Positions 9,177 through 17,630 of a stretch of 25,234 bases of DNA are shown one piece after another. Below the pieces are notes generated by a model, which saw nothing but the letters and a program-made list of their open reading frames with translations, made no database searches and was not told the DNA's origin. The position numbers and the translations under genes were made by a program. This DNA is from Candidatus Hodarchaeota archaeon (lineage in GTDB: Archaea; Asgardarchaeota; Heimdallarchaeia; Hodarchaeales; Hodarchaeaceae): positions 1 through 25,234 of the forward strand of contig JAHQWW010000051.1 in assembly GCA_029856365.1 (NCBI GenBank). Direction: 5' to 3'. The stretch's first letter is position 1; each line of letters starts with the position of its first letter.

Positions 9177-10343
9177 ATGAAGAATGACTATGATGTAATT
9201 ATAATTGGTGCTGGACCTGCTGGTTTGGCAACAGCATTAGGAGCTAAACGAAGTGGTGTAGAAAAAGTATTAGTTATAGAACAACAGTCAACAATCGGTC
9301 AACAATTAAAAGGCCAATCCATTCACTATCGTCCTAAATTATTAACGAAGATTTTCCCTAAAAAGCTCCCTACTATGGCATTTGTTAGTGAAATTAAGTC
9401 ATTTGGTAGAAATTATTACTCTCCTTCAGGAAAAAAAACCTTCCGCTTAGAAGATAAGATTAACAGAGTATGGATTGATTTCCGTCTTTTTCTAACTGAA
9501 CTTGCTAAACAAACAGTAACGGAAAACGTGTGTCTTCGAGTAAACACCAAAGCAACCAACCTTGTCACATTAGCTAATGGACGACTACAAGTAGTTATAG
9601 AAGATGTGTTAAAAAATACATCAGAAATTCTAACCTCACGAGTAGTGGTTGGAGCAGAAGGGGCGAATAGTTTAACAGCAGAACTTCAGCATTTACCTCA
9701 ACCAGGTCCTCTTTGTCCGATTATTAGAGGGCATTTTTTTGGTGAATATAATGAGAATGATATGGAATTTCTCTTTTTCTCCGATACAAATTTAAATGTA
9801 GGAGGTACAAGTTTTATTTTTCCTCACGAACACCAAAATGCTGAATTTGGATTTATTATTTTTCCAGAAGTCTCTAGTGACCCACTACCAAATTATTGGG
9901 AAATTTGGGAAGAGGTATTACAGAGTCCTATAATTAAAGAAAAAATCCAAACATCGAGATTCTATGAAACAATCCAATCAACAATACCCATGGGTGGACC
10001 AGTTTCTAAGATCTATGCAAACAACTGTTTTATTATCGGTGAAGCCGCAGGACATGTCACCCCTTCTGGAGGTTCTGGGATTCTAACGGGATTAGAACTA
10101 GGTCTATTTTTAGGTGAGCAATTTGGAAAATATTATCCAAATTGGGAGAAAGAATCGCTTAAGAATATTGAAAGGGAGATCTTAAAGCATCCTACTCACG
10201 AAAAGCTTTCATTAATGACTCAAATGATCATTCCTTTTCGTAGACGGTTATTCCAAGAACTCCGAACCTGGGAAAAAATTGATGAAGAATGGGAAAGCAT
10301 TACTGAAATTCTTACACTTGCTTTTGCACCAAAAGATGAATAG
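9177..10343 (+). CDS. Geranylgeranyl-reductase-family FAD-dependent oxidoreductase (divergent)
   Basis: YDVIIIGAGPAG dinucleotide-binding motif, VVGAEGANS, GGTSFIFP, IPMGGP, IGEAAGHVTPSGGSGI; RBS GAGGGG. Confidence 0.85.
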   Translation: MKNDYDVIIIGAGPAGLATALGAKRSGVEKVLVIEQQSTIGQQLKGQSIHYRPKLLTKIFPKKLPTMAFVSEIKSFGRNYYSPSGKKTFRLEDKINRVWIDFRLFLTELAKQTVTENVCLRVNTKATNLVTLANGRLQVVIEDVLKNTSEILTSRVVVGAEGANSLTAELQHLPQPGPLCPIIRGHFFGEYNENDMEFLFFSDTNLNVGGTSFIFPHEHQNAEFGFIIFPEVSSDPLPNYWEIWEEVLQSPIIKEKIQTSRFYETIQSTIPMGGPVSKIYANNCFIIGEAAGHVTPSGGSGILTGLELGLFLGEQFGKYYPNWEKESLKNIEREILKHPTHEKLSLMTQMIIPFRRRLFQELRTWEKIDEEWESITEILTLAFAPKDE

Positions 10344-10442
10344 GTAACAATAAGATTAATTAGCTATTCCAAAGCATTTGATCAGAATGAAAAAGAAATT
10401 TTTTTAATTTAGAGAAATGGAAAGCCTGGAGATTTCTCGATC

Positions 10443-11066
10443 ATGATTACCTGTATTGTGCTAGCTGCTGGTGAGTCCAAACGATTCGATGGAAATAAAT
10501 TACTGTTTGAGATCAAGCCAAACGTCACAGTTATAGAATTTCTTTTGAAGTCTATAATAGCCTCGAAAGTTGATCGTACAATAGTAGTATTAGGTCATGA
10601 AGCAGATTTAGTAAGTAAAATGGTTTTAAGGTTAAACGATGCATCTCTACAAACAGTTGTTAATCCAGATTACAGAATAGGTGGTATGTCATCCTCTGTC
10701 CGTCAGGGAGTGGAAGAGGTTTTAGACAGTCATGCAATCATAATAACTCCAGCTGATATTCCTTTCATACCTTCCAAAGTCTTTAACCAACTTATCGCCT
10801 ATTATTATAACCATAACCCTCGTTTAATCATCCCTATCTATCAGAATCAGAAGGGTCACCCCATTCTAATTAGTTCAGAGCTTTTTAGCCATGTTAGGAA
10901 GATTTCAGAAGAAAAACGGGGGATGAAAGAAATCATTACTCGTTTTTCAGAAGATATTGTTTTTGTCCCTACTGAATCACCAGAGATTCTTCAAGACGTG
11001 GATAAATATGAAGATTTAATTAAACTAAAATCTATTTTAAAGACAAAAGAAAAGAATTTAATATAA
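10443..11066 (+). CDS. mocA: Molybdenum cofactor cytidylyltransferase (MocA-type NTP transferase)
   Basis: IVLAAGESKRF.GNKLL, NPDY..GMSSS, ADIPFI, KGHPILI, DVD..ED; adjacent to xanthine-oxidase-family genes, which use MCD. Confidence 0.85.
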   Translation: MITCIVLAAGESKRFDGNKLLFEIKPNVTVIEFLLKSIIASKVDRTIVVLGHEADLVSKMVLRLNDASLQTVVNPDYRIGGMSSSVRQGVEEVLDSHAIIITPADIPFIPSKVFNQLIAYYYNHNPRLIIPIYQNQKGHPILISSELFSHVRKISEEKRGMKEIITRFSEDIVFVPTESPEILQDVDKYEDLIKLKSILKTKEKNLI

Positions 11067-11137
11067 CTAAAGACATTAATCATAATTCTTTTTAATAACG
11101 TGACTTTCTCCCTAAAATACCCTTCGGAAAGATAGAT

Positions 11138-11389
11138 ATGATCTCAGTAACCATAGAATTGATGGCTGCTGTTCGGAATCCTTTTCCAAATAAAAAAAGA
11201 AAGAATAAGCTTGCTGAGCTCACACAAGACTTAACCCTTAAAGAACTCCTTTTACAGGTAGGCTTCTTGAAAAAGGAATTAGAGCATTTAATCCCAATCG
11301 TTAATGGTTCAAGAGTTCCAACGGATTATCAGCTTAAAGATGGAGATTACATATGGATAACCTTCCCCTTAGGTGGAGGTCTGCAATGA
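11138..11389 (+). CDS. MoaD/ThiS/SAMP-like ubiquitin-fold sulfur-carrier protein with a 2-residue C-terminal extension
   Basis: 83 aa; TLKELL, IVNG, LKDGD.I..FPLGGG followed by LQ-stop. Confidence 0.85.
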   Translation: MISVTIELMAAVRNPFPNKKRKNKLAELTQDLTLKELLLQVGFLKKELEHLIPIVNGSRVPTDYQLKDGDYIWITFPLGGGLQ

Positions 11390-11390
11390 T

Positions 11391-12221
11391 ATGAAGCAAT
11401 TACAAGAATTTATTTATCCTAATAGTATCGAGGAGGCACTCTCTTTTCTCGATGAATCTACTGAAATAATAGCGGGGGGAACTCACATAACAGTATCGAA
11501 AAATCAGTCCTTCAAAAGATTAGTTGACATAACTCGAATAGGACTGAATTATATTAAAAAGGAGGATCATCAGGTACGGATAGGGAGTACAACCACGGTT
11601 ACTGAGATGATTGAATCGTCTATTGTGAGAAAAATTGGTAATGGAATATTGACTAAAGCCTGTCAATTGATTGCTGATACTCCCCTTCGGAATATCATAA
11701 CCCTTGGAGGAAATATCGCGAGATATTATCCTTGGGCAGGATTACCCGTTGTATTACTTGTAATAGATGCAGAAATTATTATAGTAGATAAAGAGGGACT
11801 AGAACAAACAATATCGGCTACAAAGTATTTTAAGAACGCTAAGGTAAAAACAGGTGAGATCATCAAAGAAGTTGTTTTTCCTGTGCAAAGCGATTGGTTC
11901 TACCGATATGAGAAGTTTGCTTTAACAACAGTGGATTATTCATGGTTAACAATGGCTTTTGGGGCCAAGAATGAGGGAGGATCCATTGTTGATCCCCATA
12001 TTGCAGTATCCCGAATAACCAAGGTAACACGAGTGAGTGAAGTTGAAAAATTACTTGAAGGGAAAGAGCTTTCCAAATTAAACATAAATGAAGTCATTCA
12101 AACACTACGAACATCAGTGAATGTTGTTTCTGATTATAGATCCTCAAAAGAATACCGAGAACATCTATTAGGGATTCTTTTCAAACGGATGCTAAATGAA
12201 ATGAAAGAGGAGGGAAAATAA
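11391..12221 (+). CDS. Molybdenum hydroxylase FAD-binding (medium) subunit, cluster 1 (YgfM/CoxM-like)
   Basis: PNSIEEAL, IAGGTH, IGSTTT, LRNIITLGGNI, SDYRSSKEYR. ATG 11391 with GGAGGT RBS preferred to the track GTG 11373. Confidence 0.9.
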   Translation: MKQLQEFIYPNSIEEALSFLDESTEIIAGGTHITVSKNQSFKRLVDITRIGLNYIKKEDHQVRIGSTTTVTEMIESSIVRKIGNGILTKACQLIADTPLRNIITLGGNIARYYPWAGLPVVLLVIDAEIIIVDKEGLEQTISATKYFKNAKVKTGEIIKEVVFPVQSDWFYRYEKFALTTVDYSWLTMAFGAKNEGGSIVDPHIAVSRITKVTRVSEVEKLLEGKELSKLNINEVIQTLRTSVNVVSDYRSSKEYREHLLGILFKRMLNEMKEEGK

Positions 12222-12694
12222 TGGCACTAGAGATTGAAGTAATAATTAATGGTCAGCAAAAAGTTCTGACGATTGAGCCTTATGATCTTTTAATTGATGT
12301 TCTCCGAAGGGAGGGATATAAGAGTGTGAAGCGTGGATGCTCTGAAGGTACCTGTGGCACTTGTACAATCATTCTGAATGGAAGAGCAGTGAAGTCCTGT
12401 ATTCTCTTAGCGGCGCAAGCTCACAAAGGTTCTATCGTCACAGTCGAAGGCATTGGAACTCGTGATCAACCACACCCACTTCAACAAGCATTTGTAGAGG
12501 AAGGAGCTATTCAATGTGGCTTTTGCATTCCTGGTATAATCCTGTCAGCAAAAGCGTTACTAGATAACAATCAATCACCTACAAAAGAGGAAGTTAAACA
12601 AGCAATGGATGGTAATCTGTGCAGATGTACGGGTTACTCTGGACAAATCAAAGCTATACTTTCTGCAGCAGCAATGATGAGAGGTGAAAAATAA
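12221..12694 (+). CDS. Molybdenum hydroxylase 2x[2Fe-2S] (small) subunit, cluster 1
   Basis: GCSEGTCGTCT...SC, QCGFC, NLCRCTGY; TAATG stop/start overlaps on both sides. Confidence 0.95.
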   Translation: MALEIEVIINGQQKVLTIEPYDLLIDVLRREGYKSVKRGCSEGTCGTCTIILNGRAVKSCILLAAQAHKGSIVTVEGIGTRDQPHPLQQAFVEEGAIQCGFCIPGIILSAKALLDNNQSPTKEEVKQAMDGNLCRCTGYSGQIKAILSAAAMMRGEK

Positions 12695-15039
12695 TGACCC
12701 AAAAAGTGTTTGAAGGAAAAGTTGTTGGTAAGAGTGTTGCTAAAATAGACTCATTAAGCTTAGCATTAGGGAAACCTCTTTTTACTGATGATAAATCCTT
12801 TAAAGATATGGTTTACGTTAAGATGTTGTTTAGCCCCCATGCCCATGCTGAGATCATCACCATAGATACAACTGAAGCAGAAAAAGTCCCAGGTGTATTA
12901 GGAGTTCTCACCTATAAAAATGCGTCGCAAGTCCTTCATACAACCGCTGGCCAGGGGTACCCTGAACCATCTGTGTATGATACACGAATGTTCAACAAAA
13001 AAGTAAAATTTGTTGGAGATAGTGTCGCTGCGGTGGCTGCAGAATCCATTCAAATCGCTGAGAAAGCTATACAGCTAATTAAGGTAGAATATAAAGTTCT
13101 AGAACCAATTTTTAACTGGGACGAGGCCCTTGGCAATCCAATCATCATTCATGATGAAGAAGAAGCAGGATATCTCATTCCAGTGTTTTATGATAGTAAA
13201 AATAACCATGTAGCTCATATTGACGCGTTAGTAGGAGACATCGATCAGGGTTTCAAAGATGCTGATATTCTTGTTGAAAAGATCGTACGTAACCACTATG
13301 CGCAGCACTGCCCATTAGAACCTCATGTTTCCATTGCTTATTTTGACGAAAATGACAGATTAGTTGTCCGATCTGCTACCCAAGTTCCTTACCATGCTAG
13401 AAGAATTATTGCTCAGGTTTTAGATCTTCCAATTGCAAAAGTTCGGGTTATTAAACCCCGTATTGGTGGAGGTTTCGGCTCAAAACAGGAAATAGTTACA
13501 GATTTAATTGCTGCCTCCTTTACGCTCCAATTAAAGAGACCAGTTAAGTTGGAATATTCACGAAGAGAGGAATTCATTTCAGCACGGACACGCCATCCAA
13601 TGACCACGAGATTAAAAGCTGGTGTCAAGAAAGATGGTTCAATCACTGCTATGGATATGAGAGTAACTAGCAATACTGGAGCCTATGGAACTCATGGATT
13701 AACAGTTTTAAGTAATACTGGCAGTAAAACCTTACCATTGTACCATTGTGACAATATCCGATTTATTGGCGATACTGTTTACACAAACCTCCCCATAGCT
13801 GGAGCATATCGAGGATATGGCGGTACTCAAGCTGCTTTGGCAATGGAAATTGTGATGGACGAATTAGCAATCCAAATTGGGATGGATCCAGCAGAATTTA
13901 GGTTAAAAAATCACATTAAACCTGGTGAGACTTCTCCTATTTTCAAGGTTCTTGGAGAAGGTACAGAAGGAGTAGAACAGACAATAGATTCGTGTGGGCT
14001 CTCAGATTGCATTAAACAGGGTGCAAATGCTATAGGGTGGTGGTCTCGTGAAGATCATAAGGAAAAATTTAACACTGAAACCAAAAAGAGAGGATTTGGA
14101 CTCGCTTGCATCATGCAGGGTTCATCAATTCCGCATATAGACATGGCAGCTGCCTATGCCAAAATGAATGATGACGGATCATTTAATCTCCTAGTTGGTG
14201 CAACTGATATAGGAACTGGGAGTGATACAGTTTTGGCTCAGATCTTTGCTGAAGTGTTAAACCTCGACATTGAGTCCGACATTGTTGTACTATCTTCAGA
14301 TACAGACATTACTCCTTTTGATAAAGGAGCTTATGCTTCATCTACAACCTATCTCTCTGGAATGGCGGTGAAAAACTTAGCTGAAAAGATAAAGAAACAG
14401 CTTCTCGATTATGCAGCGGAACAAATGGATCTTCCAGTTAACGAACTTGAACTAGTTGGTAAAACTGTATTCCATCTAAAAACCAAAAAATCAATGAGTT
14501 TTGCTGAAATAGGTACTAAGGCTCTATATACAGAAAATCAGCAGCAAATTGGTGCTGTTGCATCAGAATTATCTAAAAAATCACCTCCCCCATTTTGTGC
14601 CCATTTCGCCGAAATTGAGGTTGACATCGAGACTGGAAAAGTTAGAGTTTTGAAATATGTTGCAGCAGTGGACTGTGGAACCCCAATTAATCCTAAATTA
14701 GTTATTGGCCAAACAGAGGGAGCATTAGTAAACGGATTAGGATATGCATTAAGCGAACATTATTATTTTAATGCCCAAGGAAGAATGCTGAATCCTTCAT
14801 TTGGGAATTATAAAATAATGACAACTACTGACCTACCAGAAATAGAAACAATTATTGTAAAAACTTATGAGCCGACAGGGCCATTTGGCGCAAAATCAAT
14901 TGGAGAACCAAATATCAGTGGTCCTATGCCCTGTCTTTCGAATGCAATTTATGATGCTATTGGTATTCGTATTACTGAACCTCCCTATACTCCAGATAGA
15001 ATTTTGAAAGCAATTAAAGACCACCAACAAGTTATGTAG
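12694..15039 (+). CDS. xdhD: Molybdenum hydroxylase Mo-binding (large) subunit, XdhD/YgfN-like
   Basis: SPHAHA, TTAGQGYPEPS, IGGGFGSKQE, GAYRGYG, MQGSSIPHID, FDKGAYASS, GAKSIGEP. GQxxPEPS and FDKGAYASS recall E. coli XdhD/YgfN (from memory, symbol tentative). RBS GAGGTGA. Confidence 0.85.
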   Translation: MTQKVFEGKVVGKSVAKIDSLSLALGKPLFTDDKSFKDMVYVKMLFSPHAHAEIITIDTTEAEKVPGVLGVLTYKNASQVLHTTAGQGYPEPSVYDTRMFNKKVKFVGDSVAAVAAESIQIAEKAIQLIKVEYKVLEPIFNWDEALGNPIIIHDEEEAGYLIPVFYDSKNNHVAHIDALVGDIDQGFKDADILVEKIVRNHYAQHCPLEPHVSIAYFDENDRLVVRSATQVPYHARRIIAQVLDLPIAKVRVIKPRIGGGFGSKQEIVTDLIAASFTLQLKRPVKLEYSRREEFISARTRHPMTTRLKAGVKKDGSITAMDMRVTSNTGAYGTHGLTVLSNTGSKTLPLYHCDNIRFIGDTVYTNLPIAGAYRGYGGTQAALAMEIVMDELAIQIGMDPAEFRLKNHIKPGETSPIFKVLGEGTEGVEQTIDSCGLSDCIKQGANAIGWWSREDHKEKFNTETKKRGFGLACIMQGSSIPHIDMAAAYAKMNDDGSFNLLVGATDIGTGSDTVLAQIFAEVLNLDIESDIVVLSSDTDITPFDKGAYASSTTYLSGMAVKNLAEKIKKQLLDYAAEQMDLPVNELELVGKTVFHLKTKKSMSFAEIGTKALYTENQQQIGAVASELSKKSPPPFCAHFAEIEVDIETGKVRVLKYVAAVDCGTPINPKLVIGQTEGALVNGLGYALSEHYYFNAQGRMLNPSFGNYKIMTTTDLPEIETIIVKTYEPTGPFGAKSIGEPNISGPMPCLSNAIYDAIGIRITEPPYTPDRILKAIKDHQQVM

Positions 15040-15130
15040 ACTCAAAAAACCCCAGATAATCTCATTAATTTGCTAGGATAAAGGATTTGAGTTAAAAATA
15101 GAAATTCTTAAGTTAATTTATGAAATATCT

Positions 15131-15325
15131 GAAAAAAAAGTTTTTAAACCATTTGTTGCATTTAGTGAGCATAAAGGGATAGAATTAGGGCTTAGCATAG
15201 CTTTTCAAGCCATTTAATTCTTTTTAGAACGAATATGAATCGAAGATGCTAAACCATAGGGCATTATCTTTTGCTTTGAGATTCCAAAAATGGCTGAAAC
15301 CTACTTCAATCCCGCAATGTTATAA
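15131..15325 (+). pseudogene. Decayed C-terminal HATPase_c fragment of a histidine kinase
   Basis: Translates to EKKVFKPFVAFSEHKGIELGLSIAFQAI*FFLERI*IEDAKP*GIIFCFEIPKMAE..., which aligns with the C-terminus of the intact kinase at 15436-17247; three in-frame stops. Confidence 0.85.
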
Positions 15326-15435
15326 AGATCTAATTTTTCTGTTGTGATGAATATTATATACATTTGATGTAATTTAACATTATTTTAAAATATTAAATTC
15401 TTTGCTCTCAGGATATTCAAAAGGAGACATCTGGA

Positions 15436-17247
15436 ATGACCTATGAGTTTACAACATTTGCGGTCATAATGGGTGCGCTAACTGTCCTCGCGTTCTTTAT
15501 GTTCCTTTATCCGCTTATTTTCCGTCCAAAATCACGACTAGTACTTCATTTCATGGCACTAATTGGGAGTATTGTGATCTGGTCTCTGGGTTATACATTG
15601 GATATACTCGCAGTCGATAAAGCCACAAAATTATTCTGGATCAGAATTGAATATCTTGGAATAGCTACAATTTGTCCCCTCTTTCTTCTTTTCATTTTGG
15701 TCTTTACAAATCGAGCTGAGACTGCTTCTAAACCGATAATGGGATTGTTATTCTTTCCACCTGTCATTCATTGGTTATTACTAGTAACAAACGAATATCA
15801 CGGACAATTTTATGAATCCGTTACCCTAAATACAGAAACTCCATTTAATACGCTGGATCTGGTTTATGGACCAATTTTTTATAGTCATACCATCTATTCA
15901 TATCTCTTATTGGCTATTGGATTCTTTTTACTTATACAGACATATTTTGAGGTTAGTGGGAGTAATCTTTATCAGAAGCAAATTTTAATCGTAATAATTG
16001 GCTCGACCTTTCCCATTTTAGGAAATATTATACGGATCTTCAAAATTCCTCCTCTTACCTTTATTGACCTAACACCAGTGGCATTCGTCATTTGTTATAT
16101 TTTGTTCTTCTATGCATTGTTTGAGGTCGAATTTCTTGATATAGTACCTTTTGCTTATCAATTCATAATCAAAAATCTCGCAGATATTGGTATAATAGCG
16201 ACTACTAAAGATAATTTAATCGTTGATATTAATCAATCAGCCTGTGAGTACATATTCGAAGAAGAATGTCCAGATATTATCGGACGTAATCTTTTCGTCA
16301 TCCTTAGTGAACAGGAAAGACTAAAGCCTTATCACGAAAGAATAAGCCAAATAGAGAACTCGTTACTAGAAATACGTGATGACACCTTGGACTTTGAGAT
16401 GGAACTTCTATATCCCCTACAACCCCAAGGTCAATTCTATAGAATAACCATCAAAGCACTTAGAGACAAAGATAATCTTCTTGGCTTTATTTACCTCGTT
16501 CAAGATATCACATTAGAGAAAGAAATTGAGCTCTTACTCAGAAAAAGCATAGATTTCAAGAACTCATTATTAAGTGTCATCTCTCATGATTTGAAAAATC
16601 AGTTAATGGTCATTCAAGGGTTTACAGATGTATTAAGAAAGGAACTAAGTCACATTCAGAATTTTGCTGAAGTAGAAGAATCTCTGGATGGGATTAGTGC
16701 TAAAACACTCATAATGCAAGAAATAATGACTGATGTACGAAGCTACCTTAAGACAATGGGAGCTTTCGAAGAAGTAAAAGACTTAACAGTAATAGATGTA
16801 AAGGAAATAATTCAGGATGTAATAGCGAGTTTTAAATCTGCTATTAAAAACAAAAATTTGGAGCTCAATATAGATTGGCCAACAGATCCGAAGATTTTCA
16901 CATTAGCAGATCTACGTCTTCGCAGTGTTTTTAGCAATATCTTAGATAATGCTATCAAATGGAGCCCTCCAAATGATGTAATTGAGATATCAGTGAATAA
17001 AGAAAATCTATCTTGGATATTTAGTATCAGTGATCATGGCCCTGGGGTACCCAATGGTCTAAAAGACGAAATTTTCAAACCATTTGTCAGTATTGGTCCA
17101 CAAGGCAAAGTTGGCAGTGGATTGGGCCTTTCGATCAGTTTAGAGATACTCCAATCCTATAAAAGTAAGATCTGGATAGAGAATGTTAAACCCCAAGGCG
17201 CAAAGTTCGTTTTTCGATTACCAGTTGCTGAAAAAAAGGGAGAATGA
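15436..17247 (+). CDS. Sensor histidine kinase, N-terminal 7TM (HisKA_7TM-like) + PAS-like + HisKA + HATPase_c
   Basis: About 7 hydrophobic segments, IVDINQSA PAS-like start, H-box ISHDLKN, N-box NILDNAIKW, G1 DHGPG, F-box IFKPF, G2 GSGLGL; RBS AAGGAG. Confidence 0.93.
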   Translation: MTYEFTTFAVIMGALTVLAFFMFLYPLIFRPKSRLVLHFMALIGSIVIWSLGYTLDILAVDKATKLFWIRIEYLGIATICPLFLLFILVFTNRAETASKPIMGLLFFPPVIHWLLLVTNEYHGQFYESVTLNTETPFNTLDLVYGPIFYSHTIYSYLLLAIGFFLLIQTYFEVSGSNLYQKQILIVIIGSTFPILGNIIRIFKIPPLTFIDLTPVAFVICYILFFYALFEVEFLDIVPFAYQFIIKNLADIGIIATTKDNLIVDINQSACEYIFEEECPDIIGRNLFVILSEQERLKPYHERISQIENSLLEIRDDTLDFEMELLYPLQPQGQFYRITIKALRDKDNLLGFIYLVQDITLEKEIELLLRKSIDFKNSLLSVISHDLKNQLMVIQGFTDVLRKELSHIQNFAEVEESLDGISAKTLIMQEIMTDVRSYLKTMGAFEEVKDLTVIDVKEIIQDVIASFKSAIKNKNLELNIDWPTDPKIFTLADLRLRSVFSNILDNAIKWSPPNDVIEISVNKENLSWIFSISDHGPGVPNGLKDEIFKPFVSIGPQGKVGSGLGLSISLEILQSYKSKIWIENVKPQGAKFVFRLPVAEKKGE

Positions 17248-17425
17248 GGCCAATCATTTATTATTGATAAGAAAACAAAACTCAGGATTAGAAAATTCCA
17301 GTCATTGCTTGCTTATTCTATTTGTAATAGATTGAGAATGTAAATCATGGAATGGAAACCAATCTCGTGAATTTGCTTATAACTTCCTTTTCAATGAATA
17401 TCATTATTGATCAATACTTTTTTAA

Positions 17426-17545
17426 TTATTCTTTTTCGAGTGAAGCGAGGGCAGTTTTAATATAATCCTGTAATAACTTGATTTGTTCATCAGGAGAGAC
17501 TAGCCTTTCTGTTTCTAGAAGGGATGCCTTATAAGCACAGTTAAT
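17426..17545 (-). pseudogene. Possible start-less coding remnant (helical C-terminus)
   Basis: Open frame ...INCAYKASLLETERLVSPDEQIKLLQDYIKTALASLEKE* with no ATG; family not recognised. Confidence 0.25.
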
Positions 17546-17630
17546 AGAAAATAAACTAATAATTCTTTTTTGTTTAAAGTAATATTTAAGCCAAATTTAG
17601 CGCCATAGATTTCTTTATGACTTTTCAAAA

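Noticed and set aside
15215-15259. Stop-codon reassignment (TAA/TAG=Gln, TGA=Trp) suggested by the kinase remnant
   Set aside because: All three codons terminate intact genes in this window, intact genes have no internal stops, and single transitions explain the pattern. The remnant has also lost a G2-box glycine.
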